64,000 nucleotides of DNA, from contig CBDCVR010000014.1 of the NCBI GenBank assembly GCA_965223155.1, positions 576,001 to 640,000 on the forward strand. The letters are read 5' to 3'. Shown piece after piece: positions 10,092 to 19,663 of the stretch. Below the pieces are notes generated by a model. That model saw nothing but the letters and a program-made list of their open reading frames with translations. It was not told the origin of the DNA and made no database searches. Made by a program: the position numbers and the translations under genes. The stretch's first letter is position 1, and each line of letters begins with the position of its first letter. The DNA is from Candidatus Multivoradales bacterium. Its GTDB lineage: Bacteria; Acidobacteriota; Thermoanaerobaculia; Multivoradales; JAHEKO01.

Positions 10092-11282
10092 ATGCTTGCC
10101 GAGCGCGTAGCCGACATCCAGAACGCCCTGGCCGAGATGGAAGCCGACGGGTGGCTTTTTGCCTGTTTTCAGAACAACGATCCGATCTCGCTCGAGCTTC
10201 TGGGCCTGGGCGGCGACCATCTCGTCAGCCGCCGGTGCTACTACCTGATCCCGGCCCAGGGCGAGCCGCGCCGGCTGGTGCACAAGCTGGAACCGGCCCA
10301 GCTGGACCACTTGCCGGGCAGCAAGAGCTCGTATCTATCCTGGCGCGAACACCGCGCCGAGTTCGAAAAGCTCCTTGCCGGCATGAAGAAGATCGCCGCC
10401 CAGTACTCGTCTGACAACGCACTGCCTACGATCTCGCGCCTGGATGCGGGCACGGCCGAGCTCATCCGCTCGTTGGGTATCCAAATCGAGTCGGCGGCCG
10501 AGCTGGCGCAGCGCTTCGCCGCGGTCTGGTCCGAAGAACAGCTCAACGGGCACCGCAGAGCCTGCACCCATCTCCACGAGATCGTCAAACTCGCCTTCGC
10601 CGAGGTGGCCCAGGTGCTCAAGGCCGGAGCCGAGGCGGACGAATACACCATCCAGAAGTTCATCCTGAACCAGATGGATCAGCGCGGCCTGTGGACCGAC
10701 TCACCACCGATCGTGGGCCGCAACGAGCACGCGGCGGATCCCCACTACCAGCCGACCGCCGAGGTGACGTCGCCGATTCGCAAGGGCGACTTCCTGCTGA
10801 TCGACCTCTGGGCCAAGGAGAAGGCCGCGGCCGATTCCATCTACGGCGACATCACCTGGTGCGGTGTCTGTGACGTCGCCCCCACCGACAAGCAGGTGGA
10901 GCTCTTCTCCACCGTGGTCCAAGCTCGCGACGCGGCCTGGGAGCTCATCTCGAGCCGGTACCCGGACAAGTCGGTGCGCGGGTTCGAGGTCGATGACGCT
11001 TGCCGCGAAGTGATCGAGGCCGCCGGCTACGGCGAGTTTTTCATCCACCGAACCGGACACTCGATCGGCACCCAGACCCACGGCCAGGGCGCCAACATGG
11101 ACAACCTCGAAACCCACGATACGCGCCGGCTGGAGCCGATGACGGGCTTTTCCATCGAGCCGGGGATTTACCTCGAAGGCGACTTCGGCGTGCGCACCGA
11201 GATCAACGTGGCTCTACCTCCCGACGCCGCCGAGATCACCGGCGGCGACCGGCAGATGGAGCTCCTCCGGCTCTTGGCCTAG
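10092..11282 (+). CDS. M24-family Xaa-Pro aminopeptidase
   Basis: Metal-ligand motifs LLIDLWAK, YGDITW, HRTGHSIG, FSIEPGIY and GVRTE; GGAGG ribosome-binding site. Confidence 0.92.
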   Translation: MLAERVADIQNALAEMEADGWLFACFQNNDPISLELLGLGGDHLVSRRCYYLIPAQGEPRRLVHKLEPAQLDHLPGSKSSYLSWREHRAEFEKLLAGMKKIAAQYSSDNALPTISRLDAGTAELIRSLGIQIESAAELAQRFAAVWSEEQLNGHRRACTHLHEIVKLAFAEVAQVLKAGAEADEYTIQKFILNQMDQRGLWTDSPPIVGRNEHAADPHYQPTAEVTSPIRKGDFLLIDLWAKEKAAADSIYGDITWCGVCDVAPTDKQVELFSTVVQARDAAWELISSRYPDKSVRGFEVDDACREVIEAAGYGEFFIHRTGHSIGTQTHGQGANMDNLETHDTRRLEPMTGFSIEPGIYLEGDFGVRTEINVALPPDAAEITGGDRQMELLRLLA

Positions 11283-11400
11283 CCTGTTTCGCCGCCCCTT
11301 CCTGCGAGGCCACCCTCTCGCGACGAAGGGCCGTGAGACGAGCCGGCTAGTCGGATCCAGGAACCGGAAACCCGCCGCGACGCAGCAATGGAGGCTGAGC

Positions 11401-12339
11401 ATGGGCCGGAACCGGACAGGCGGCGCGGACGTTTCGAGTGAGTCGACACCGGACGGGCCACCGCGCGGGCTCGGTCCGCGGGGCAAGCCCGAGCGGCTCC
11501 TCGAAGCGCACCCGACCGATCCGGCCTGGCGCGCCGACGCCCTGGCCGGCAGCCGTCACAGCCGCTTAGCGGACGAGGTTCGCCCGCCGCTCGCGGACTC
11601 CGATCCGGTCCGCGCCCAGCAGCTCTGCGCTCGGATCACCCGCGAGGTGCTGCGGGATTTCGCCCCCGGCCTCGTCTTCCTTCGCGGGGCTGACCGGAAC
11701 CGAGTACAGGCTCTCACCGCCTTCGCTCGAACCCTTTTCGATTTCGCCCGGCAGCGGGGACTCGAAGGAGACCGTCTGGCGCTTCTCAACAATTGGGAGT
11801 TCCAGACCGAAGAGGCTCTCTCGCCAGGCCGCGGGACCCACCCGCCGAGCCAGCCGGTCTTCGTCGCGATGGCCTCGGCCGGGGCCGTCCGCCCCTGGCC
11901 GCGGACGGCTCTGGACCGCCTATTTGACCTGGCACGGAGCGAGGCCGTGGGGCGCCCCGTTCCGCCTCGGGAGCTGGCCACGACACTCCTCGCCTGCCTA
12001 TGGCACCCGGAAGCGGAGGTCGATCCGGCATCGAGGGACCTCCTCGAGGCAGCGCTCACCGAGCGGCCGGGCGCGGGGCGCGGGCGGCCGTCCCAAGAAG
12101 GCGGCGACCCGTCTCCCTCGGGCGAGCGTCCGCCACGTGGACCGAACCGGGCCTGGCGCCGTGCGGGCGCCTACGCCGAGGGCGTCCTGCGGTATCGGCG
12201 GCTTCGGAGCGGGACGGCTCGAAGCCGGCTGGATTCGGATCCGGAGGGAGCCGGGGCCGCGAGGCCAAGCCACGAGGGGGAGCCGATCGGTCTCGGGACG
12301 CGGCTCCGTCTACTCGTCGCCGCCCGCCTCGGCCGGTGA
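11401..12339 (+). CDS. Degenerate squalene/phytoene synthase-like (HpnC-like) protein; start uncertain
   Basis: ALTAFARTLFDFA...GDRLALLNNWE...QPVFVAMA resembles the N-terminal half of SQS_PSY. The Asp-rich motifs are missing and the C-terminal half is low complexity. Confidence 0.5.
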   Translation: MGRNRTGGADVSSESTPDGPPRGLGPRGKPERLLEAHPTDPAWRADALAGSRHSRLADEVRPPLADSDPVRAQQLCARITREVLRDFAPGLVFLRGADRNRVQALTAFARTLFDFARQRGLEGDRLALLNNWEFQTEEALSPGRGTHPPSQPVFVAMASAGAVRPWPRTALDRLFDLARSEAVGRPVPPRELATTLLACLWHPEAEVDPASRDLLEAALTERPGAGRGRPSQEGGDPSPSGERPPRGPNRAWRRAGAYAEGVLRYRRLRSGTARSRLDSDPEGAGAARPSHEGEPIGLGTRLRLLVAARLGR

Positions 12340-13062
12340 CGGCCGCTCGGCGGAGGCCGGATCGCCCTGCGAGTCGGGAGCCCGATCGGGCGCGGGCGCG
12401 TCGAGCGGCTCGACCAGGATCTTGGCTGCGGCCCGCATCCCCAAGTTGACACGCCCGCCGGAAGCGGAGTCCACCACCATCGAGTCCGCCACCTCGGTCA
12501 CCGAGGCGATCCGGATCGTGGTTCCGATCTTCACCCCCTCGCGCTCGAGCGTCTGGAGAAATTCGGGGCTCTGGTCCAGAACCCGGGCCACGGCCACGGC
12601 GCGGCCCTGGCGGAACCGGGTCAGCGGCAGGTAGTCGAGCACCGGCACGTCGCCGCCGGCCGTGGGGATCGGATCGCCGTGGGGATCGGCTTCGGGCCGT
12701 CCCAGCATCTCGTCCATGCGCTCGACAAGGCTGTCCGAGATCGCGTGCTCCAGGCGCTCGGCCTCGCCGTGGACCTCGCTCCAGTCCATGCCCATGACCT
12801 CGACCAGGAAGAGCTCGATCAGGCGGTGGCGGCGCAGGACGTGAAGCGCCAGTTGGCGGCCTGAATCGGTCAGGCGGACACCGCTATAGGGCTCGTAGTC
12901 GACGAGACCGCTGCCCGCCAGGGTCTTGACCATGGTGGTCACGGTCCCCGGCGTCAGCTCCAGCGCGCCGGCGATGACTCCCATGCCCACCCGCTTCCCG
13001 GGCGCTCGCTGCTCTTCGAGCAGGATCTGCTTCAGGTAGTCCTCGACGGTGCTGGTTGCCAT
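12310..13062 (-). CDS. mntR: DtxR/MntR-family metal-dependent repressor with a C-terminal FeoA/SH3-like domain
   Basis: TVEDYLKQI, LRRHRLIELFL, EVHGEAERLEHAIS, DPHGDPIP. Confidence 0.92.
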   Translation of the reverse strand: MATSTVEDYLKQILLEEQRAPGKRVGMGVIAGALELTPGTVTTMVKTLAGSGLVDYEPYSGVRLTDSGRQLALHVLRRHRLIELFLVEVMGMDWSEVHGEAERLEHAISDSLVERMDEMLGRPEADPHGDPIPTAGGDVPVLDYLPLTRFRQGRAVAVARVLDQSPEFLQTLEREGVKIGTTIRIASVTEVADSMVVDSASGGRVNLGMRAAAKILVEPLDAPAPDRAPDSQGDPASAERPSPAEAGGDE

Positions 13063-13083
13063 TGAATCGGAGGGATCGGGAGC

Positions 13084-13995
13084 TCAGGGGCAGTCCAGCG
13101 GCCGCGCCTCGACGAAGCCCTTGGGCTCGAGTTGCAGTGTTTGGTGATCGATGCCGAAGCGGGAGCGGAGCATCGTGCTCGCCTCCTCCAACACTTCGCC
13201 GTGTGGCTTGCCTTCGACGACCACGTGAGCCGAAAGCGATTCGACGCCACTGGTGATCGTCCAAACGTGAAGATCGTGGACGCCGCGGACGCCCACGAGA
13301 TCCAGCAAGGCGCGACGGACCTCATCGACGTCGATGTGAGGAGGCGCGCCTTCCATCAAGACCCTGACAGCCTCGGTCACGAGATGCCAGGAAGAATAGA
13401 CCACCAGGGCGGCGATGAGAAACGATGCGACGGGATCGGCCCAGGTCCACCCAAGGGTCCAGATGAGCGCGCCCGCAAGCAACGCCTGGACGCTGCCGAG
13501 GGTGTCCATCGCGACGTGCAGCCAGGCGCCGCGAAGATTGAGATTCGCGTCCTTGCCACGGCGCAAGATCGCCAGGCTCGCGAGGTTGATGGCGAGGCCG
13601 CCGGCTGCGATGGCCATCATCGGGCCGCTCGCGACTTCAGCCGGCTGACGCAGCCGTTCGAAGCCCTCGAGCACGATGAAGGCGGAGATGGCCAGGAGCG
13701 CGGCACCGTTGACCAGAGCGGCCAGAATCTCGGTGCGGTGGTAGCCAAAAGTGCGTCTGGCGTCGGCCGGACGCCGGGCGATACGGAGGGCGAAGAAGCT
13801 GAGCAGTAGCGCCGCGACGTCCGAGAGCATGTGGCTGGCATCGGCCAGAAGTGCCAGCGAGTTGGTCCAGAGACCGCCCACGAACTCGGCGACCATGTAG
13901 ATCGCCGCCAGGGCCGCCGCCCAGCCCAGCCGGTGGCCGTGGGCATGCGCCGAGCCGGCCGGCGCCTCGGGCCCGTGGTGGTGCGCGTGGGCCAT
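13084..13995 (-). CDS. czcD: Cation diffusion facilitator, CzcD/ZitB (Zn/Co/Cd) type
   Basis: His-rich N-terminus; SLALLADASHMLSD, TFGYHRTEILAA, NLRGAWLHVAMD, VHDLHVWTI. Confidence 0.93.
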   Translation of the reverse strand: MAHAHHHGPEAPAGSAHAHGHRLGWAAALAAIYMVAEFVGGLWTNSLALLADASHMLSDVAALLLSFFALRIARRPADARRTFGYHRTEILAALVNGAALLAISAFIVLEGFERLRQPAEVASGPMMAIAAGGLAINLASLAILRRGKDANLNLRGAWLHVAMDTLGSVQALLAGALIWTLGWTWADPVASFLIAALVVYSSWHLVTEAVRVLMEGAPPHIDVDEVRRALLDLVGVRGVHDLHVWTITSGVESLSAHVVVEGKPHGEVLEEASTMLRSRFGIDHQTLQLEPKGFVEARPLDCP

Positions 13996-14066
13996 GACCG
14001 ATCTAGTCTACCGGCAGGCGGCGCCGGTGAACTCCGCGGAGCGCCGCAACGTAGTACATTTTTCGA

Positions 14067-15374
14067 GTGCTGTCGTTTGCCACATTGTTTCTGGGATTGA
14101 CTCTCGGCACCCATGCGGTCGAGGTGGTCGCGCCTCCGGGGGTGGCGTCGATCGAGCTCCGCGTGGACGGCCGCCTGTGCGCTCGCCTGGAAAGGGAACC
14201 CTGGCGGGGGAACTGCGACTTCGGCGACGAGCTCTTGCCGCGCGAGCTTACCGCCACCGCCTTCGACGGCGACGGAGGCGAGCTCGCAGTCGGGAGGCAG
14301 TGGATCAACACGCCGCGGCAGCCGGCCGAGGTCTCGGCGGTGCTCGAAGCTGAGCCCGGAACGCCCCTTCGCCGCGTTGCCCGGCTGCGCTGGGAGTCGC
14401 TCGCCGGTTCGACGCCCCCGGCGGTCCGTGCCTGGCTCGACGGCGTCGAGCTGAAGGTCGAGAATCCCGCGGAGATCCAGCTACCCGAAGTCGATCCGGA
14501 GCGACTCCATCTGTTCCGTGCCGAGCTCGAGTTTCCGGGCAACGTCGTCTCCTCGGTCGAGGTACCGTGGGGCGGCAGCTTCTCGGACCAGACCGACAGC
14601 AAGCTAACCGCGATCGTGGTCCAAGCCCGCCTTGGACGGCTCAAGCCGGAAGCGCTGGCCGGACGGCTCTTGAGCGACAGGCGGCCGCTCGAAGTGGTCG
14701 CGATCGAGAAGGCGCCGGCCGAGATCGTAATCGTGCGGGACCGGTCGGCCGATACGGCGTTCGCCCAGATGGATCTCGAGCGCGCGATCTCGGCCAGTCC
14801 AATGGGCATCGCGGGCGCGCGTTCGCAAAGCGGCAGGCTCCTGGCCGCGCGCGACCAAGATTGGCGTCTCCAGTTCTTCTGGCCCGTTGCCGTCCGGCGT
14901 GCCGGCAAGTCGGGCCCCTTCGATCTCTTCCGGCACTCGCCAGCATTTCACCCGACCGATGGCACCGTGTTCGACTTCCTGACCCGGGTCGAGTTTCCGC
15001 GCGACTTGGAGGGCCCCCAACGGCTGACCGACGCACTCGCCGTTGCCGGGGTCTCGGTCGCGTCGCTCAAGAGCAGACGCGCGGCCGTGCTGCTGGTCGG
15101 CCCGAACCCCACCGACAGTGGAGATTTCCCACCCCGGCTTGCCCGCCGGTATCTCGAGTCGATCCAGGTGCCGATGGTGGTCTGGGCCACCCGGCGTACC
15201 GCCGGTGAAGCCTGGGGTAAGGCCCGCAGGCTCCGTTCCCGTCGCGACGTGGAGCTGGCCTGGCTCGATCTCCTGGAGTCGTTGGAGCGCCAACGCATCG
15301 TCTGGGTGCGGGGAGCCCATCTGCCACAACAGATCGAGCTCATGCCGACCCGAGGCGTCGAGCTGGTGCGATGA
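14067..15374 (+). CDS. Secreted protein with an Ig-like (Big) N-terminal domain and a degenerate VWA-like C-terminus
   Basis: The N-terminal VASIELRVDGR...EPWRGNCDFG...RELTATAFDGDGGELA resembles the Ig domain of 58115..59335; the C-terminal QRLTDALAVAG...RRAAVLLVG is VWA-like. Confidence 0.7.
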   Translation: MLSFATLFLGLTLGTHAVEVVAPPGVASIELRVDGRLCARLEREPWRGNCDFGDELLPRELTATAFDGDGGELAVGRQWINTPRQPAEVSAVLEAEPGTPLRRVARLRWESLAGSTPPAVRAWLDGVELKVENPAEIQLPEVDPERLHLFRAELEFPGNVVSSVEVPWGGSFSDQTDSKLTAIVVQARLGRLKPEALAGRLLSDRRPLEVVAIEKAPAEIVIVRDRSADTAFAQMDLERAISASPMGIAGARSQSGRLLAARDQDWRLQFFWPVAVRRAGKSGPFDLFRHSPAFHPTDGTVFDFLTRVEFPRDLEGPQRLTDALAVAGVSVASLKSRRAAVLLVGPNPTDSGDFPPRLARRYLESIQVPMVVWATRRTAGEAWGKARRLRSRRDVELAWLDLLESLERQRIVWVRGAHLPQQIELMPTRGVELVR

Positions 15375-16825
15375 GCCTGCTTCGAGGGAACCGGGACCAG
15401 GAGACTGGCCCGATCAAGCTCGACCGGCGGCGGCACGCCAAGCCCGAGCACAGCCGGCGAACCGCAAGGCTCCGCCCGAGCACCTGGTCGGTGACGGGGT
15501 CCGCGCTGGCACCGGCTCTTGCCGTCCTGCTGCTAAGCGCCTTTCCGCCTCAGGCTCCTGCCGTCCAGGAGGATCCGGCTGCTGGCGAGTCCTCCACCGA
15601 AGGCGCTCCGCCGCCTCCGGAGGCCGCCGAGCCCCGGCTCCTGGGAAAGCCCTCGGCCCTCGAGCCGCCGCAGGCGACCCGCTCGACGGTCCCGGTGGAC
15701 CGTGGCACCAGGCTACTCGAGCGGCCTGACCGGGGAGCGCCCATTCTGGTCACGGTCCGCGCGCCCACCGAACTCGAGATCCTGGACCGAAACGACGGCT
15801 GGATTCAGGTGCGATACGAGGCCTGGAGGGGCTGGTTTCGGCCGGAAGAGAGCGGCCCGAGCCTGCTCGACCACCAGGGCTGGCAGGTCGAGCTCACCAC
15901 CGACGGCGATCTGCGCTTCACCAGCGCTCCCGTAACGACGCGCAACCTGACCGAGGAACGGCTGGCTCGAATCACGCCGTTTCTGCGCGACGGAGGCCGC
16001 ACCCTGAACTTTGGTCCGTACCGGTTGCTCACTGACGTCACCGACGCGGACCTGCTCGACGGCTTGCGCTCGGTCGCCGAGCAGCTCGCGCACGCCTACC
16101 AGAGCCGCTACGGCCTTGCGCTGGCCGAGTCGCCTCCCGAATCCATCGTCCTCTTCGCCGGAGAGGAAGCGTACAGAAGATACGCAACCGAGGTCCCCGA
16201 GCTCGCGGGGCTGTCGAGCCTGGGCCATCAGAGCCATGGACTGGCCGTGACCTTCGCCGGTCAGCGCTCGTCAGAGCGCATCCGGCGCATCCTGGTCCAC
16301 GAGCTCACCCACCTGGTCAACCGGCGAGCGCTGCCCTTGGTCGTGCCCAGTTGGATCGAGGAGGGCCTGGCCGAGGATCTAGCCTTCAGCCGCGTCGACG
16401 GTCAGGGCCGGCTGGTGCCCCGCTCGCTGAGTGGCACGACCGTACGCTCGGAGGGGAAGTTGACCATCACCGGCGGCTTTGCCTCGCTTGCCTCTCTGCT
16501 GCGTCTGGTCCGGTCTCCGTCGTGGCCGGCGCCCACAACCCTGGTCGAAACCGGTTGGGAGGACTTTGTACGGCCCGAGCTACGGCCCGCCTACTACACG
16601 CAGGCGGCGTTCTTCGTCCGGTTTCTTCTGGATGGTGCTGGCGGCCGGTACCGCGACGGCTTTCACGACTACCTCCAGGCTCTCGCCCGCGGCGAGGGCG
16701 GAGCCGGAGGCGAGCTCTGGCCGCGACTCGCCGACGAGCCCGAGCGCGTCGAGGACGGCTATGAGGTCTGGCTCCACCAGCAGGCGGACGCCTTCGGCAT
16801 CGTCGTCACCCAGCCGGCTCGCTGA
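15371..16825 (+). CDS. SH3b-like domain plus gluzincin (HExxH...E) metallopeptidase-like protein (DUF1570/MA-type)
   Basis: LEILDRNDGWIQVRYEAWRGW (SH3b); LVHELTHLVN...PSWIEEGLAE; YYTQA; ATGA overlap with the upstream gene. Confidence 0.78.
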   Translation: MSLLRGNRDQETGPIKLDRRRHAKPEHSRRTARLRPSTWSVTGSALAPALAVLLLSAFPPQAPAVQEDPAAGESSTEGAPPPPEAAEPRLLGKPSALEPPQATRSTVPVDRGTRLLERPDRGAPILVTVRAPTELEILDRNDGWIQVRYEAWRGWFRPEESGPSLLDHQGWQVELTTDGDLRFTSAPVTTRNLTEERLARITPFLRDGGRTLNFGPYRLLTDVTDADLLDGLRSVAEQLAHAYQSRYGLALAESPPESIVLFAGEEAYRRYATEVPELAGLSSLGHQSHGLAVTFAGQRSSERIRRILVHELTHLVNRRALPLVVPSWIEEGLAEDLAFSRVDGQGRLVPRSLSGTTVRSEGKLTITGGFASLASLLRLVRSPSWPAPTTLVETGWEDFVRPELRPAYYTQAAFFVRFLLDGAGGRYRDGFHDYLQALARGEGGAGGELWPRLADEPERVEDGYEVWLHQQADAFGIVVTQPAR

Positions 16826-16829
16826 GCCT

Positions 16830-16861
16830 CATTCCATCCGACGGATTAACCGGATGGAATG
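16830..16861. terminator. 11-bp perfect hairpin CATTCCATCCG-N10-CGGATGGAATG between convergent genes
   Basis: Inverted repeat seen directly. There is no clear U-tract, so the terminator function is inferred. Confidence 0.55.
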
Positions 16862-16895
16862 AAACGCAATCAGCGGCTGGGCGCCGCGGCCTCGC

Positions 16896-17459
16896 CTACC
16901 AGGTCAGTATGACGCCGATGGCGCCGGAGACACCGGTCAGATCCACAGGAATATCGACGAAGCCGAAGTCGTCCCCTTCGACCTTCGCCTCGACCGAGCG
17001 CAGCATGACCTCGGCATAGAACCCCCAGAGCGAGCTCATCGCCGCCTCGAGACCGGCAACCGCGTAGATGCCGAACTCCTCGTCCATCTCCACCTGACCG
17101 GCAGCCGGAAAGGCACCGCCATCGTAGTCAGCGTTCAGGAAGTAGTAGCTACCCCCGCCGCCGACGAAGGGCTCGACCTTGCCGCCGAGAGGAAAGGAGT
17201 AGGCAAAGCCCATATCGAGCGGAAAGGCCTCGATCCGAAACAGGGCTCCGCTTCCGATTCGGGTGAGCCCGTCGTATCCGGAGGCTCTGATCTCGAAATC
17301 GACGCGCTCACCGGCGTCGAACTCCAGCTTGATGCCGAAGCCCTGATCGTCGTCCGCCTCGTCGGTGTCCCACATCGAAATATTGGCGCCGAGGCCACTC
17401 GCAAACGACGGGGCGGCCAGGACCAGGGCGAGACTGAGAGCCAACGCAACTTTCTTCAT
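16896..17459 (-). CDS. Small outer-membrane beta-barrel protein (OmpW/OMP_b-brl-like)
   Basis: Start MKKVALAL with a signal peptide and GGAGGA ribosome-binding site; PFVGGGGSYY; alternating beta strands; C-terminal W. Confidence 0.85.
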   Translation of the reverse strand: MKKVALALSLALVLAAPSFASGLGANISMWDTDEADDDQGFGIKLEFDAGERVDFEIRASGYDGLTRIGSGALFRIEAFPLDMGFAYSFPLGGKVEPFVGGGGSYYFLNADYDGGAFPAAGQVEMDEEFGIYAVAGLEAAMSSLWGFYAEVMLRSVEAKVEGDDFGFVDIPVDLTGVSGAIGVILTW

Positions 17460-17598
17460 GTATTCCTCCGTTCGGCGGCAACCGGGTATTGCTGCAACGT
17501 TGCCTAAGTACCCTCTATTAAAACAACTTTTCAGCAAAGACAAAAGGGGAGCCTAGGGAGTTCGTCACACCCGCGGGCAACGGCGAAGACGATTCGGG

Positions 17599-18453
17599 TC
17601 AGGACAAGAACGGACGGAGCTCCGGAAACTTCCGCGCCAGCGCCTCGAGCGTGGGCTCGCCGCGCCGTTGCAGGCGGCGTACCTCCTTGAGCAGCGCCTT
17701 GGGCGCCCTGGCGGCGCCGCGCCGGGCAAGGATCGCCTCGGCCGCGCGGAAAAACCGGCTCTCCGCCTCCAGCGGAGCGCGCCAATCGGCCCATTCAGAC
17801 GAGCTCGCCGCGGTGGCCGGCCCATAGTAGATCTTGCGCAGCTCGGGCAGCGACAGCACGTCGTGCCGGTGGCAGACCGCCAGCGCCACCACGTGGGTCG
17901 CGAGGCTCAACGCGCGCGAATCGACCGCGGCAAAGCCACCCCGCTCGAGCAGCACCCGGCTAGCGACCGACTGGGTCAGGAGATCGGTCAGCAACAGACT
18001 GCCCGCCTCCTCCAGGGTTCCGTGCAATGGAAAGCCGTCCAGACGCGGCAGGGCCTGTCCGATGACGCCTCGCCACATGCTCACGGTTCGGTCGTCGCCG
18101 AAACCCGCCAAGGCGATCTCCCCGGTGGCCAGCTTGGCGGGCAGGCCGTAGGGCACCGCCAGGTCCAGGGAGGCCCAGTCCGTGCGCGACAGCAGGACGG
18201 CGTTGAGCGCCACTGGCTCGCCGCTCCAGCGCGCGAAGTCCTCGGCCAGCACAGCGAGACGAGCCTGGACGTGGGAAGCGCGGTCGAGCGCGCCGGGCGA
18301 ATACCGCACCAGGGCCCGCATGTCTCCGACGTCGAGAAGAAACGGCAGCACGGAGGGAGGACGGTCCTGGGCGGAGGCACTGCCTGCCCCGAAATCAGAG
18401 GCGAGAGCGACGATCAGGACGACAGCGAACGCTGGGGCTGTACGGCGTGACAT
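17599..18453 (-). CDS. Hypothetical secreted protein
   Basis: Signal-peptide-like N-terminus; coding-like composition; TAGACT -10 box 6 nt upstream of the ATG. Confidence 0.7.
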   Translation of the reverse strand: MSRRTAPAFAVVLIVALASDFGAGSASAQDRPPSVLPFLLDVGDMRALVRYSPGALDRASHVQARLAVLAEDFARWSGEPVALNAVLLSRTDWASLDLAVPYGLPAKLATGEIALAGFGDDRTVSMWRGVIGQALPRLDGFPLHGTLEEAGSLLLTDLLTQSVASRVLLERGGFAAVDSRALSLATHVVALAVCHRHDVLSLPELRKIYYGPATAASSSEWADWRAPLEAESRFFRAAEAILARRGAARAPKALLKEVRRLQRRGEPTLEALARKFPELRPFLS

Positions 18454-18619
18454 GTTCGCAGTCTAGCTCGATCCTTCGGTTGAGAGTCGCTACGCGGCCC
18501 CAGCCGCCACAGCTCGTCTTCCCAACCCGAGGACGAGCCGTCGGCGGGACCCGGCGCCCCACCGCGCCGCCCCGAGCGATCCGCGTCGACCGGCGGAGCG
18601 CTTGCTAGGATCCCGCTCG

Positions 18620-19663
18620 ATGCGAGGCTTCCGGATCCAGCAGCACGGCGGCCCCGAGGTGCTCGAGTGGACCGAGCTGCCCACGCCCGAGCCGGGCCCG
18701 TGCGAGGTCCGGGTAGCGATCCGAGCGTGCGCCCTCAACCGGCTGGATCTCTGGGTGCGCAACGGCGTCGAGGGGTACTCGTTCCCGCTACCGCTTATCC
18801 CGGGCTCGGAGGTCGCCGGCACGGTCGACGCCCTGGGACCCGGAGTCGAGGGCCTGGAGGTCGGCGAGGCCACGCTGGTCGCGCCCGGGGTGTCCTGCGG
18901 TCGCTGCGACCGCTGCGTCGCCGGACAGGACCACCTGTGTCCGGACTACGGCATTCTGGGCGAGCACCGCGACGGCGGCTACGCCGAGCTAGTGGTGGTA
19001 CCCGCCCGCAACATCTTGCCCCTCCCCTTCGATCCCGCTGAGCCGGACGCCTTCGTACGGGCCGCGGCCCTGCCGCTGGTCTTCCTGACCGCCTGGCACA
19101 TGCTGGTCGAGCGGGCGCGGCTCGAGCCGCTGGAAGACGTGCTGATTCATGCGGCCGGCTCGGGAGTTTCGAGCGCCGGCATCCAGATCTCCCGCCTCTT
19201 GGGAGCCCGGCACATCATCGTGACGGCTTCGACGGAAGACAAGCTGGATCGCGCGCTCGAGCTCGGCGCCACCCACGCCCTGGACTACACCGCCGTCGAC
19301 TTCGCCCGCGAGACGCGCAAGATTACCGGCGGCAAGGGCGTCGAGGTGGTCTTCGACCACGTCGGCGGTGAGGTCTTCGAGCAGAGCTTCCGAGCGCTGG
19401 CCTGGTCGGGCCGGGTGGTTCTTTGTGGCGCGACCGCCGGGCATGGGGCCAAGATCAATCTGCGCGCGGTCTTCTTCAAGAGTCTCTCGATCCTGGGCTC
19501 GACCATGGGCGGCCAGGCGGAGCTGAGGAGGCTCCTGCGGCACGTCCGGGCCGGCGACCTGGTCCCGGTCGTCGATCGGACTCTTCCCCTCGCCGAAGCT
19601 CCAGCGGCACAGACGCTGCTCGAACGGCGCGAGCAATTCGGCAAGATCGTCCTGACGGTGTGA
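18620..19663 (+). CDS. Zinc-binding medium-chain dehydrogenase/quinone oxidoreductase
   Basis: ALNRLDLW, IPGSEVAG, structural-zinc motif CGRCDRCVAGQDHLC, VLIHAAGSGVS, QFGKIVL. Start re-called at ATG 18620. Confidence 0.92.
   Translation: MRGFRIQQHGGPEVLEWTELPTPEPGPCEVRVAIRACALNRLDLWVRNGVEGYSFPLPLIPGSEVAGTVDALGPGVEGLEVGEATLVAPGVSCGRCDRCVAGQDHLCPDYGILGEHRDGGYAELVVVPARNILPLPFDPAEPDAFVRAAALPLVFLTAWHMLVERARLEPLEDVLIHAAGSGVSSAGIQISRLLGARHIIVTASTEDKLDRALELGATHALDYTAVDFARETRKITGGKGVEVVFDHVGGEVFEQSFRALAWSGRVVLCGATAGHGAKINLRAVFFKSLSILGSTMGGQAELRRLLRHVRAGDLVPVVDRTLPLAEAPAAQTLLERREQFGKIVLTV

Noticed and set aside
7723-13995. Magnetosome gene island (mamK with a CDF transporter and an iron-type regulator nearby)
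   Set aside because: No other mam/mms/mad genes are recognisable. The CDF is His-rich CzcD/ZitB type rather than MamB/M, and unrelated genes intervene.
16830-16861. Second SahR site (shares CATCCG and ACGGATTAA with the sahR operator)
   Set aside because: Half-site spacing differs and it lies between convergent 3' ends, so it is better explained as an RNA hairpin.
17485-17510. Sigma54 promoter or operator at GCAACGTTGC upstream of the beta-barrel gene
   Set aside because: GG-N10-GC spacing exists on the minus strand but the -12 element (CAGC) deviates from TTGC. The 10-bp palindrome alone is too weak to call.
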